A program made the position numbers and the translations under genes. DNA of 64,000 nucleotides from Eledone cirrhosa (Eukaryota). The notes under the pieces were generated by a model. It made no database searches and had not been told where the DNA came from. It worked only from the letters and a program-made list of their open reading frames with translations. This document shows, in pieces, positions 36,301 through 51,257 of the stretch; within the stretch, counting starts at the first letter, position 1, and the number at the start of each line of letters is the position of its first letter. The stretch lies in the NCBI GenBank assembly GCA_964016885.1, contig OZ024740.1, forward strand, positions 30,380,001-30,444,000, given 5' to 3'.

Positions 36301-39300
36301 GTGTCCTTGGCCCTATGACCACTTCCCTACTCACCACCATCGGCTTCTGGTGTCCTTGGCTCTAGGACCACTTCCCTATTAACAACCATCGGCTTCTTGT
36401 GTCCTTGGCCTAGGACCACTTTCCTACTCACCACCATAGAATTCTGGTGTCCTTGGCTCTAGGGCCACTTCCCTACTCACCACCATCGGCTACTGGTGTC
36501 CTTGGGCTTAGGACCACTTCCATACTCACCACCATTGTCTTCTGGTGTCCTTGGCTCTAGGGCTACTTCCCTACTCACCACCATCGGCTTCTGGTGTCCT
36601 TGGCCCTAGGACGACTTCCCTATTAACAACCGTCGGCTTCTGGCGTCCTTGGCCTAGGACCACTTCCCTACTCACCACCATCGGCTTCTGGTGTCCTTGG
36701 CCTTAGGACCACTTCCTTACTCACCACCATCGGCTTTTGGTGTCCTTGGCCCTAGGACCACTTCCCTACTCACCACCATCGACTTCTGGTGTCCTTCGCC
36801 CTAGGACCACTTCCCTACTCACCACCATCGGCTTCTGGTGTCCTTGGCCTTAGGACCACTTGCTTACTCACCACCATCGGCTTTTGGTGTCCTTGGCCCT
36901 AGGACCACTTCCCTACTCACCGCCATCGACTTCTGGTGTCCTTGGCCCTAGGACCAATTCTGTACTCACCACCATCGTCTTCTGGTGTCCTTGGCCCTAG
37001 GACCACTTTCCTAATCACCACAATCGGCTTCTGGTGTATTTGGCCCTAGGATCACTTCCCTATTCATCACCATGTGCTTCTGGTGTCCTTGGCCCTAGGA
37101 CCACTTCCCTACTCACCACCATCGGCTTCTGGTGTCCTTGGCCCTCGGACCACTTCCCTATTAACAACTATCGGCTTCTGGTGTCCTTGGCCCTAGGACA
37201 ACTTCCCTACTCGGCACTATCGGCTTCTGGTGTCCTTAGCCCAAGGACCACTTCCCTATTAACAACCATCGGCTTCTGGTGTCCTTTGCCCTAGGACCAC
37301 TTCCCTACTCACCACCATCGGCTTCTGGTGTCCTTGGCCCTCGGACCACTTCCCTATTAACAACTATCGGCTTCTGGTGTCCTTGGCCCTAGGACAACTT
37401 CCCTACTCGGCACTATCGGCTTCTGGTGTCCTTGGCCCAAGGACCACTTCCCTATTAACAACCATCGGCTTCTGGTGTCCTTTGCCCTAGGACCACTTCC
37501 CAACTCACCACTATAGTCTTCTGGTGTCATTGGCTCTAGGGCCACTTCCCTACTCACCACCATCGGTTCTGGTGTCCTTGGCCTAGTACCACTTCCCTAC
37601 CCACCACCATCGGCTTCTGGTGTCCTTGGCCCTGGGACCTCTTCCCTACTCACCACCATCGGCTTCTGGTGTCCTTGGTCCTAGGACAACTTCCCCACTC
37701 ACCACCATCGTCTGCTGGTGTCCTTGGCCCTGGGACCACTTCCCTACTCACCACCATCGGCTTCTGGTGTCCTTGGCCCTAGGACCACTTCTCTACTCAC
37801 CACCATCGGCTTCTGGAGTCCTTGGCTCTAGGACCACTTCCCTACTCACCACTATAGTCTTCTGGTGTCCTTGGCTCTAGGACCACTTCCCTACTCACCA
37901 CCATCGGCTTCTGGTGTCCTTGGCCCTAGGACCACTTCTCTACTCACCACCATCGGCTTCTGGTGTCCTTGGCCTTTAGACCACTTCTCTACGCACTACC
38001 ATCGGCTTCTGGTGTCCTTGGTCCTAGGACCACTTCCCTACTCACCACTATAGTCTTCTGGTGTCCTTGGCCCTAGGACCACTTCCCTACGCACTACCAT
38101 CGGCTTCTGGTGTCCTTGGCTCTAGGGCCACTTCCCTACTCGCCACCATAGTCTTCTGGTGTCCTTGGCTCTAGGGCCACTTCCCTACTCACCACCATCG
38201 GCTTCTGGTGTCCTTGGCTCTAGGGCCACTTCCCTACTCGCCACCATAGTCTTCTGGTGTCCTTGGCTCTAGGGCCACTTCCCTACTCACCACCATCGGC
38301 TTCTGGTGTCCTTGGCCCTAGGACCACTTCCCTATTGACAACCATCGGCTTCTCGTTTCCTTGGCCCTAGGACCACTTCCCTACTCACCAAATCCGCTTC
38401 TGGTGTCCTTGGCCCTAGGATCACTTCCCTATTTACAACCATCGGCTTCTGGTGTCCTTGGCCCTAGGACCACTTCCCTACTCACCACCATCGACTTCTG
38501 GTGTCCTTGGCCCTAGGGCCACTTCCCTACTCACCACCATCGGCTTCTGGTGTCCTTGGCCCTAGGACGACTTCCCTATTAACAACCATCGGCTTCTGGT
38601 GTCCTTGGCCCTAGGACCACTTCCCTACTCACCACCATCGACTTCTGGTGTCCTTGGCCCTAGGACCACTTCCCTACTCACCACCATCGGCTTCTGGTGT
38701 CCTTGGCCCTAGGACCACTTCCCTATTAACAACCATCGGCTTCTGGTGTCCTTGGACTAGGACCACTTCCCTACTCACCACCATTGGCTACTGGTGTCCT
38801 TGGCCCTAGGACCACTTCCCTACTCACCACCATCGGCTTCTGGTGTCCTTGGCTCTAGGGCCACTTCCCTACTCACCACCATCGGCTACTGGTGTCCTTG
38901 GGCCTAGGACCACTTCCATACTCACCACCATAGTCTTCTGGTGTCCTTGGCTCTAGGGCCACTTCCCTACTCACCACCATCGGCTACTGGTGTCCTTGGC
39001 CCTAGGACCACTTCCATACTCACCACCATCGGCTTCTGGTGTCCTTGGACCTAGGACGACTTCCCTATTAACATCCATCGGCTTCTGGCGTCCTTGGCCT
39101 AGGACCACTTCCCTACTCACCACTATCGGCTTCTGGTGTCCTTGGCCCTAGGACCACTTCCCTACGCACTACCATCGGGTTCTGGTGTCCTTGGCCCTAG
39201 GACCACTTCCCTATTAACAACCATCGGCTTCTCGTTTCCTTGGCCTAGGACCACTTCCCTACTCACCAACATCGGTACTGGTGTCTTTGGCCCTAGGATC

Positions 39301-42300
39301 ACTTCCATAATCACCACCATCGGCTTCCGGTATCCTTGGCCCTAAGACCACTTCCATAATCACCACCATCGACATCCGGTGTCCTTAGCCCTAGGACCAC
39401 TTCCCTACTCACCACCATCGGCTTCTGGTGGCCTTGGCCCTAGGACCACTTCCCTATTAACAACCATCGACTTCTGGTGTCCTTGGCCCTTAGACCACTT
39501 CCCTACGCACTACCATCGGCTTCTGGTGTCCTTGGGTCTAGGGCCACTTCCCTATTAACAACCATCGCCTACTGGTGTCATTGGCTGTAGGACCACTTCC
39601 CTACTCACCACCATCGACTTCTGGTGTCCTTGGCCCTAGGACCACTTCCCTATTAACAACCATCGGCTTCTGGTGTCCTTGGCATAGGACCACTTCCCTA
39701 CTCACCACCATCGGCTACTGGTGTCCCTGGCCTTAGGACCACTTCCCTACTCACCACCATCGGCTTCTGGTGTCCTTGGCCCTAGGACCACTTCCCTATT
39801 AACAACCATCGGCTTCTGGTGTCCTTGGCCCTAGGGCCACTTCCTTACTTACCACCATCGGCTTCTGGTGTCCTTGGCCCTAGGACCACTTCCCTACTCA
39901 CCACCATCGGCTTCTGGTGTCCTTGGCCCTAGGACCACTTCCTTACTCACCACCATCGGTTTCTGGTGTCCTTGGCCCTAGGACCACTTCCATAATCACC
40001 ACCATCGGCTTCCGGTATCCTTGGCCCTAAGACCACTTCCATAATCACCACCATCGACATCCGGTGTCCTTAGCCCTAGGACCACTTCCCTACTCACCAC
40101 CATCGGCTTCTGGTGTCCTTGGCCCTAGGACCAATTCCCTAATCACCACCATCGGCTTCTGGTGTCCTTGGCCCTAGGACCACTTCCCTCCTCACCACCA
40201 TCGGCTTCTGGTGTCCTTGGCCTTAGGACCACTTCCTTACTCACCACCATCGGCTATTGGTGTCCTTGGCCCTAGGACCCCTTCCCTACTCACCACCATC
40301 GGCTCCTGGTGTCCTTGGCCCTAGGACCCCTTCCCTACTCACCACCATCGGCTCCTGGTGTCCTTGGCTCTAGGGCCACTTCCCTACTCACCACCATCGG
40401 CTTCTGGTGTGCTTGGCCCTAGGACCACTTCACTACTTACCACCATCGGTTCTGGTGTCCTTGGCCTAGTACCACTTCCCTACCCACCACCATCGGCTTC
40501 TGGTGTCCTTGGCCCTAGGACCTCTTCCCTACTCAGCACCATCGGCTTCTGGTGTCCTTGGTCCTAGGACAACTTCCCCACTCACCACCATCGTCTGCTG
40601 GTGTCCTTGGCCCTGGGACCACATCCCTACTCACCACCATCGGCTTCTGGTGTCCTTGGCCCGAGGACCACTTCCCTATTAACAACTATTCGCTTCTGGT
40701 GTCCTTTGCCCTAGGACCACTTCCCTACTCACCACCATCGGCTTCTGGTGGCCTTGGCCCTAGGACCACTTCCCTACTCACCACCATCAGTTTCTGGTGT
40801 CCTTGGCCCTAGGATCACTTCCCTACTCACCACCATCGGCTTCTTGTGTCCTTGGCCCTAGGACCACTTCCCTATTATCAACCATTCGCTTCTGGTGTCC
40901 TTGGCCCTAGGACCACTTCCCTACTCACCACCATCGGCTTCTGGTGTCCTTGGCCCTAGGACCACTTCCCTACTCACCACCATCGGCTTCTGGTGGCCTT
41001 GGCCCTAGGACCACTTCCCTACTCACCACCATCAGTTTCTGGTGTCCTTGGCCCTAGGATCACTTCCCTACTCACCACCATCGGCTTCTTGTGTCCTTGG
41101 CCCTAGGACCACTTCCCTATTATCAACCATTCGCTTCTGGTGTCCTTGGCCCTAGGACCACTTCCCTACTCACCACCATCGGCTTCTGGTGTCCTTGGCC
41201 CTAGGACCACTTCCCTACTCACCACCATCGGCGTCCGGTGTCCTTGGCCCTTGGACCACTTCCCTACTCACCACCATCGGCTTCTGGTGTCCTTGGCCCT
41301 AGGACCTCTTCCCTAATAACAACCATTGGCTTCTGGCGTCCTTGGCCCTAGGACCACTTCCCCACTCACCAACATCGGCTTCTGGTGTCCTTTGCCCTAG
41401 ATCCACTTCATACTCACCACCATCAGTTTCTGGTGTCCTTCGCCCTAGGACCACTTCCCTACTCACCACCATCGGCTTCTGGTGTCCTTGGCCTTAGGAC
41501 CACTTCCCTAATCACCACCATAGTCTTCTGGTGTCCTTGGCTCTAGGGCCACTTCCCTACTCACCACCATCGGCTTCTGGTGTACTTGGCCCTAGGACCA
41601 CTTCCCTATTAACAACCATCGGATTCTGGTGTCCTTGGCCCTATGACCACTTCCCTACTCACCACCATCGGCTATTGGTGTCCTTGGCCCTAGGACCACT
41701 TCCCTACTCACCACCATCGCCTTCTGGTGTCCTTGGCCCTAGGACCACTTCCCTATTAACAACCATCGGCTTCTGGTGTCCTTGGCCCTATGACCACTTC
41801 CCTACTCACCACCATCGGCTTCTGGTGTCCTTGGCCCTAGGACCACTTCCCTACACACCACCATCGCCTTCTGGTGTACTTGGCCCTAGGACCACTTCCC
41901 TATTAACAACCATCGGCTTCTGGTGCCCTTGGCCTAGGCTCACTTCCCTACTCACTAGCATCGGCTTCTGGTGTCCTTGGCCTAGGACCACTTCCCTACT
42001 CACCACCATCGGCTTCTGGTATCGTTGGCCCTAGGACCACTTCCCTACTCACCACCATCGGCTTCTGGTGTCCTTGGCCCTAGGACCACTTCCCTATTAA
42101 CAACCATCGGCTTCTGGTGTCCTTGGCCCTAGGACCACTTCCCTACTCACGACCATCGGCTTCTGGTGTCGTTGGCCCTAGGACCACTTCCCTATTCACA
42201 ACCATCGGCTTCTGGTGACCTTGGCCCGAGGACCAATTCACTACTCACAACCATCGGCTTCTGGTGACCTTGGCCCTAGGACCACTTCCTTACTCACCAC

Positions 42301-45300
42301 CATCGGCTTCTGGTGTCCTTGGCCCTAGGACCAATTTCCTACTCACTACGTTCGGCTTTTGGTGTCCTTGGCCCTCGGACCACTTCTCTATTAACAACCA
42401 CCGGCTTCTGGTGTCTTTATCCTTAGGACCACTTCCCCACTCACCAACATCAGCTTCTGGTGTCCTTTACCCTAGATCCACGTCATACTCACCACCATCA
42501 GTTTCTGGTGTCGTTGGCCCTAGGACCACTTCCCTACTCACCACCGTCGACTTCTGGTGTCCTTGGCCCTAGGACAACTTCGCTACTCACCACCATCGAC
42601 TTCTGGTGTCCTTGGCCCTAGGACCACTTCCCTACTCACCACCATCGGCTTCTGGTGTCCTTGGCCCTAGGACCACATCCCTACTCACCACCATCGGCTT
42701 CTGGTGTCCTTGGCCCTAGGACCACTTCCCTACTCACCACCATCGGCTTCTGGTCTGCTTGGCCCTAGGACCACTTCCCTATCAACAACCATCGGCTTTT
42801 GGTGTCCTTGGCCCTAGGACCACTTCACTACTCACCACCATCGGCTTCTGGTGTCCTTAGCCCTAGGACCACTTCCCTATTAAAAACCATCGGCTTCTGG
42901 TGTCCTTGGTCCTAGGACCACTTCCCTATTAACAACCATCGGCTTCTGGTGCCCTTGGCCTAGGCTCACTTCCCTACTCACCACCATCGACTTCTGGTGT
43001 CCTTGGCCCTAGGACCACTTCCCTACTCACCACCATCGGCTTCTGGTGTCCTTGGCCCTAGGACCACTTCCCTATTAACAACCATCGGCTTCTGGTGTCC
43101 TTGGCCCTAGGACCACTTCCCTACTCACCACCATCGGCTTCTGGTATCGTTGGCCCTAGGACCACTTCCCTACTCACCACCATTGGCTTCTGGTGTCCTT
43201 GGCCCTAGGACCACTTCCCTATTAACAACCATCGGCTTCTGGTGTCCTTGGCCCTAGGACCACTTCCCTACTCACGACCATCGGCTTCTGGTGTCGTTGG
43301 CCCTAGGACCACTTCCCTATCCACAACCATCGGCTTCTGGTGACCTTGGCCCGAGGACCACTTCCTTACTCACCACCATCGGCTTCTGGTGTCCTTGGCC
43401 CTAGGACCAATTCACTACTCACAACCATCGGCTTCTGGTGACCTTGGCCCTAGGACCACTTCCTTACTCACCACCATCGGCTTCTGGTGTCCTTGGCCCT
43501 AGGACCACTTCCCTACTCACCACGTTCGGCTTTTGGTGTCCTTGGCCCTCGGACCACTTCCCTATTAACAACCACCGGCTTCTGGTGTCTTTATCCTTAG
43601 GACCACATCCCTATTAACAACCATCGGCTTCTGGTGCCCTTGGCCTAGGCCCACTTCCCTACTCACCACCATCGGTTTCTGGTGTCCTTGGCCCTAGGAC
43701 CACTTCCCTACTCACCACCATCGGCTTCTGGTATCGTTGGCCCTAGGACCACTTCCCTACTCACCACCATCGGCTTCTGGTGTCCTTGGCCCTAGGACCA
43801 ATTTCCTACTCACCACCATCGCCTTCTGGTGTACTTGGCCCTAGGACCACTTCCCTATTAACAACCATCGGCTTCTGGTGCCCTTGGCCTAGGCTCACTT
43901 CCCTACTCATCACCATCGGCTTCTGGTGTCCTTGGCCTAGGACCACTTCCCTACTCACCACCATCGGCTTCTGGTATCGTTGGCCCTAGGACCACTTCCC
44001 TACTCACCACCATCGGCTTCTGGTGTCCTTGGCCCTAGGACCACTTCCCTATTAACAACCATCGGCTTCCGGTGTCCTTGGCCCTAGGACCACTTCCCCA
44101 TTAACGACCATCGGCTTCTGGTGTCGTTGGCCCTAGGACCACTTCCCTATTCACAACCATCGGCTTCTGGTGACCTTGGCCCGAGGACCAATTCACTACT
44201 CACAACCATCGGCTTCTGGTGACCTTGGCCCTAGGACCACTTCCTTACTCACCACAATCGGCTTCTGGTGTCCTTGGCCCTAGGACCAATTTCCTACTCA
44301 CCACGTTCGGCTTTTGGTGTCCTTGGCCCTCGGACCACTTCCCTATTAACAACCACCGGCTTCTGGTGTCTTTATCCTTAGGACCACTTCCCTACTCACC
44401 ACCATCGGCTTCTGGTGTCATTGACCCTAGGACCACTTCCCTATTAACAACTATCGGCTTCTGGTGTCCTTGGCCCTAGGACCACTTCCCTATTAACAAC
44501 CATTGGCTTCTGGTGTCCTTGGCCCTAGGGCCACTTCCCCACTCACCAACATCAGCTTCTGGTGTCCTTTACCCTAGATCCACGTCATACTCACCACCAT
44601 CAGTTTCTGGTGTCGTTGGCCCTAGGACCACTTCCCTACTCACCACCATCGACTTCTGGTGTCCTTGGCCCTAGGACCACTTCCCTACTCACCACCATCG
44701 GCTTCTGGTGTCCTTGGCCCTAGGACCACTTCCCTACTCACCACCATCGGCTTCTGGTGTCCTTGGCCCTAGGACCACTTCCCTACTCACCACCATCGGC
44801 TTCTGGTCTCCTTGGCCCTAGGACCACTTCCCTATCAACAACCATCGGCTTTTGGTGTCCTTGGCCCTAGGACCACTTCACTACTCACCACCATCGGTTT
44901 CTGGTGTCCTTAGCCCTAGGACCACTTCCCTATTAAAAACCATCGGCTTCTGGTGTCCTTGGCCCTAGGACCACTTCCCTATTAACAACCATCGGCTTCT
45001 GGTGCCCTTGGCCTAGGCTCACTTCCCTACTCACCACCATCGGCTTCTGGTGTCCTTGGCCCTAGGACCACTTCCCTACTCACCACCATCGCCTTCTGGT
45101 GTACTTGGCCTTAGGACCACTTCCCTACTCACCACCATCGGCTTCTGGTGTACTCGGCCCTAGGACCACTTCCCTATTAACAACCATCGGCTTCTGGTGC
45201 CCTTGGCCTAGGCTCACTTCCCTACTCATCACCATCGGCTTCTGGTGTCCTTGGCCTAGGACCACTTCCCTACTCACCACCATCGGCTTCTGGTATCGTT

Positions 45301-48300
45301 GGCCCTAGGACCACTTCCCTACTCACCACCATCGGCTTCTGGTGTCCTTGGCCCTAGGACCACTTCCCTATTAACAACCATCGGCTTCCGGTGTCCTTGG
45401 CCCTAGGACCACTTCCCCATTAACGACCATCGGCTTCTGGTGTCGTTGGCCCTAGGACCACTTCCCTATTCACAACCATCGGCTTCTGGTGACCTTGGCC
45501 CGAGGACCAATTCACTACTCACAACCATCGGCTTCTGGTGACCTTGGCCCTAGGACCACTTCCTTACTCACCACCATCGGCTTCTGGTGTCCTTGGCCCT
45601 AGGACCAATTTCCTACTCACCACGTTCGGCTTTTGGTGTCCTTGGCCCTCGGACCACTTCCCTATTAACAACCACCGGCTTCTGGTGTCTTTATCCTTAG
45701 GACCACTTCCCTACTCACCACCATCGGCTTCTGGTGTCATTGACCCTAGGACCACATCCCTATTAACAACCATCGGCTTCTGGTGTCCTTGGCCCTAGGA
45801 CCACTTCCCTATTAACAACCATTGGCTTCTGGTGTCCTTGGCCCTAGGGCCACTTCCCCACTCACCAACATCAGCTTCTGGTGTCCTTTACCCTAGATCC
45901 ACGTCATACTCACCACCATCAGTTTCTGGTGTCGTTGGCCCTAGGACCACTTCCCTACTCACCACCATCGACTTCTGGTGTCCTTGGCTCTAGGACCACT
46001 TCCCTACTCACCACCATCGGCTTCTGGTGTCCTTGGCCCTAGGACCACTTCCCTACTCACCACCATCGGCTTCTGGTGTCCTTGGCCCTAGGACCACTTC
46101 CCTACTCACCACCATCGGCTTCTGGTCTCCTTGGCCCTAGGACCACTTCCCTATCAACAACCATCGGCTTTTGGTGTCCTTGGCCCTAGGACCACTTCAC
46201 TACTCACCACCATCGGTTTCTGGTGTCCTTAGCCCTAGGACCACTTCCCTATTAAAAACCATCGGCTTCTGGTGTCCTTGGCCCTAGGACCACTTCCCTA
46301 TTAACAACCATCGGCTTCTGGTGCCCTTGGCCTAGGCTCACTTCCCTACTCACCACCATCGGCTTCTGGTGTCCTTGGCCCTAGGACCACTTCCCTACTC
46401 ACCACCATCGCCTTCTGGTGTACTTGGCCCTAGGACCACTTCCCTACTCACCACCATCGGCTTCTGGTGTCCTTGGCCCTAGGACCACTTCCCTATTAAC
46501 AACCATCGGCTTCTGGTGTCCTTGGCCCTAGGACCACTTCCCTACTCACCACCATCGGCTTCTGGTATCGTTGGCCCTAGGACCACTTCCCTACTCACCA
46601 CCATCGGCTTCTGGTTTCCTTGGCCCTAGGACCACTTCCCTATTAACAACCATCGGCTTCTGGTGTCCTTGGCCCTAGGACCACTTCCGTATCCACAACC
46701 ATCGGCTTCTGGTGACCTTGGCCCGAGGACCACTTCCTTACTCACCACCATCGGCTTCTGGTGTCCTTGGCCCTAGGACCAATTCACTACTCACAACCAT
46801 CGGCTTCTGGTGACCTTGGCCCTAGGACCACTTCCTTACTCACCACCATCGGCTTCTGGTGTCCTTGGCCCTAGGACCACTTCCCTACTCACCACGTTCG
46901 GCTTTTGGTGTCCTTGGCCCTCGGACCACTTCCCTATTAACAACCACCGGCTTCTGGTGTCTTTATCCTTAGGACCACATCCCTATTAACAACCATCGGC
47001 TTCTGGTGCCCTTGGCCTAGGCCCACTTCCCTACTCACCACCATCGGCTTCTGGTGTCCTTGGCCCTAGGACCACATCCCTACTCACCACCATCGGCTTC
47101 TGGTATCGTTGGCCCTAGGACCACTTCCATACTCACCACCATCGGCTTCTGGTGTCCTTGGCCCTAGGACCAATTTCCTACTCACCACCATCGCCTTCTG
47201 GTGTACTTGGCCCTAGGACCACTTCCCTATTAACAACCATCGGCTTCTGGTGTCCTAGGCCCTAGGACCACTTCCCTACTCACGACCATCGGCTTCTGGT
47301 GTCGTTGGCCCTAGGACTACTTCCCTATCCACAACCATCGGCTTCTGGTGACCTTGGCCCGAGGACCACTTCCTTACTCACCACCATCGTCTTCTGGTGT
47401 CCTTGGCCCTAGGACCAATTCACTACTCACAACCATCGGCTTCTGGTGACCTTGGCCCTAGGACCACTTCCTTACTCACCACCATCGGCTTCTGGTATCG
47501 TTGGCCCTAGGACCACTTCCATACTCACCACCATCTGCTTCTGGTGTCCTTGGCCCTAGGACCAATTTCCTACTCACCACCATCGCCTTCTGGTGTACTT
47601 GGCCCTAGGACCACTTCCCTATTAACAACCATCGGCTTCTGGTGTCCTAGGCCCTAGGACCACTTCCCTACTCACGACCATCGGCTTCTGGTGTCGTTGG
47701 CCCTAGGACTACTTCCCTATCCACAACCCTCGGCTTCTGGTGACCTTGGCCCGAGGACCACTTCCTTACTCACCACCATCGTCTTCTGGTGTCCTTGGCC
47801 CTAGGACCAATTCACTATTCACAACCATCGGCTTCTGGTGACCTTGGCCCTAGGACCACTTCCTTACTCACCACCATCGGCTTCTGGTGTCCTTGGCCCT
47901 AGGACCACATCCCTACTCACCACATTCGGCTTTTGGTGTCCTTGGCCCTAGGACCACTTCCCTATTAACAACCACCGGCTTCTGGTGTCTTTATCCTTAG
48001 GACCACTTCCCTACTCACCACCATCGGCTTCTGGTGTCCTTGACCCTAGGACCACTTCCCTATTAACAACCATCGGCTTCTGGTGTCCTTGGCCCTAGGA
48101 CCACTTCCCTATTAACAACCATCGGCTTCTGGTGCCCTTGGCCTAGGCCCACTTCCCTACTCACCACCATCGGCTTCTGGTGTCCTTGGCCCTAGGACCA
48201 CTTCCCTACTCACCACCATCGGCTTCTGGTATCGTTGGCCCTAGGACCACTTCCCTACTCACCACCATCGGCTTCTGGTGTCCTTGGCCCTAGGACCAAT

Positions 48301-51104
48301 TTCCTACTCACCACCATCGCCTTCTGGTGTACTTGGCCCTAGGACCACTTCCCTATTAACAACCATCGGCTTCTGGTGACCTTGGCCCTAGGACCACTTC
48401 CTTACTCACCACCATCGGCTTCTGGTGTCCTTGGCCCTAGGACCACATCCCTACTCACCACATTCGGCTTTTGGTGTCCTTGGCCCTAGGACCACTTCCC
48501 TATTAACAACCATCGGCTTCTGTTGTCTTTATCCTTAGGACCACTTCCCTACTCACCACCATCGGCTTCTAGTGTCCTTGACCCTAGGACTACTTCCCTA
48601 TTAACAACCATCGGCTTCTGGTGTCCTTGGCCCTAGGACCACTTCCCTATTAACAACCATTGGCTTCTGGTGTCCTTGGCCCTAGGACCACTTCCCCACT
48701 CACCAACATCAGCTTCTGGTGTCCTTTGCCCTAGATCCACGTCATACTCACCACCATCAGTTTCTGGTGTCCTTGGACCTAGGACCACTTTCCTACTCAC
48801 CACCATCGGCTTCTGGTGTCCTTGGCCCTAGGACTACTTCCCTACTCACCACCATCGGCTTCTGGTGTCCTTGACCCTAGGACCACTTCCCTATTATCAA
48901 CCATTGGCTTCTGGTGTCCTTGGTCCTAGGACCACTTTCCTACTCACCACCATCGACTTCTGGTGTCGTTGGCCCTAGGACCACTTCCCTACTCACCACC
49001 ATCGGCTTCTGGTGTCCTTGGCCCTAGGACCACTTCCCTACTCACCACCATCGTCTTCTAGTGTCCTTGGATCTAGGACCACTTCCCTACTCACCACCAT
49101 CGGCTTCTGGAGTCCTTGGCCCTAGAACCACTTCCCTATCAACAACCATCGGCTTCTGATGTCCTTGGCCCTCGGACCACTTCACTACTCACCACCATCG
49201 GCTTCTGGTGTCCTTAGCCCTAGGACCACTTCCCTATTAAAAACCATCGGCTTCTGGTGTCCTTGGCCCTAGGACTACTTCCCTACTCACCACCATCGGC
49301 TTCTGGTGTCCTTGGCCCTAGGACCAATTCCCTTCTCACCACCATCGGCTTCTGGTGTCCTTGGCCCTAGGACCACTTCCCTATTAACAACTATCGGCTT
49401 CTGGTGTACTTGGCCCTAGGACCACTTCTCTACTCACCACCATCGGCTTATGGTATCCTTGGCCCTAGGGCCACTTCCCTAGTCACCACCATCGGCTTCT
49501 GGTGTCATTGGCCCTAGGACCACTTTCCTACTCACCACCATCGCCTTCTGGTGTACTTCGCCCTAGGACCACTTCCCTATTAACAACCATCGGCTTCTGG
49601 TGTACTTGGCCCTAGGACCACTTCCCTATTAACAACCATCGGCTTCTGGTGTCCTTGGCCTAGGACCACTTCCCTACTCACCACCATCGCCTTCTGGTGT
49701 ACTTGGCCCTAGGACCACTTCCATATCCACAACCATCGGCTTCTGGTGACCTTGGTCCGAGGACCCCTTCCCTACTCACCACCATCGGCTTCTGGTGTCC
49801 TTGGCCCTAGGACCAATTCACTACTCACCACCATCGGCTTCTGGTGTTCTTGGCTCTAGGGCCACTTCCCTACTCACCACTATCGTCTTCTGGTGTCCTT
49901 GGCCCTAGGACCACTTCTCTACTCACCACCATCGGCTTCTGGTGTCCTTGGCCCTAGAACCACTTCCCTACTCACCACCATCGGCTTCTGTTGTCCTTGG
50001 CTCTAGGGCCACTTCCCTACTCACCACTATCGGCATCTGGTGTCCTTGGCCCTAGGACCACTTCCCTATTAACAACCATCGGCTTCTGGTGTCCTTGGCC
50101 TAGACCCACTTACTTCTCACCACCATCGGCTTCTGGTGTCCTTGGCCCTAGGACCACTTCCCCACTCACCAACATCAGCTTCTGGTGTCCTTTGCCCTAG
50201 ATCCACGTCATACTCACCACCATCAGTTTCTGGTGTCCTTGGACCTAGGACCACTTTCCTACTCACCACCATCGGCTTCTGGTGTCCTTGGCCCTAGGAC
50301 CACTTCCCTACTTACCACCATCGGCTTCTGGTCTCCTTGGCCCTAGGACCACTTCCCTATTCACCACCATCGCCTTCTAGTGTCCTTGGATCTAGGACCA
50401 CTTCCCTACTCACCACCATCGGCTTCTGGTGTCCTTGGCCCTAGAACCACTTCCCTATCAACAACCATCGGCTTCTGATGTCATTGGCCCTAGGACCACT
50501 TCCCTACTCACCACCATCGGCTTCTGGTGTCCTTAGCCCTAGGACCACTTCCCTATTAAAAACCATCGGCTTCTGGTGTCCTTGGCCCTAGGACCACTTC
50601 CCTACTCACCACCATCGGCTTCTGGTGTCCTTGGCCCTAGGACCAATTCCCTACTCACCACCATCGGCTTCTGGTGTCCTTGGCCCTATGACCACTTCCC
50701 TATTAACAACCATCGGCTTCTGGTGTCCTTGGCCCTAGGACCACTTCCCTATTAACAACCATCGGCTTCTGGTGTCCTTGGCCCTAGGACCACTTCCCTA
50801 TCCACAACCATCGGCTTCTGGTGACCTTGATCCTAGGACCACTTTCTTACTCATCACCATCGGCTTCTGGTGTCCTTGGCCCTAGGACCAATTCACTACT
50901 CACCACCATCGGCTTCTGGTGTCCTTGGCCCTAGGACCACTTCCCTATTAACAACCATCGGCTTCTGGTGTCCTTGGCGTAGGCCCACTTACTTCTCACC
51001 ACCATCGGCTTCTGATGTCCTTGGCCCTAGGACCACTTCTCTACTAACCACCATCGGCTTCTGGTATCGTTGGCCCTAGGACCACTTCCCTACTCACCAC
51101 CATC
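27344..51104 (+). repeat. 49-bp satellite array, ~23.8 kb, ~485 monomers
   Basis: Consensus ggcttctggtgtccttggccctaggaccacttccctactcaccaccatc; common variant ...ctattaacaaccatc. Confidence 0.99.
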
Positions 51105-51257
51105 AGCACAGAATTGGCTACCCAAAAGTGTGAGCCTCCCAAGCTGGAATGGCTCTTCCAATGCATCTCTGTCACTATCATCTGGGGAAACAGTTTCCCT
51201 ATTCTGTCCACTGGGGCTCCAGGGTGGCCAGTGCATGGACCCCCATTTGCTTATAAT

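Noticed and set aside
27344-51104. CRISPR array, or coding repeat from the many 60-167-aa ORFs
   Set aside because: Contiguous 49-bp monomers with no unique spacers and no cas genes, in a eukaryotic context. The unit is not a multiple of 3 and contains TAG.
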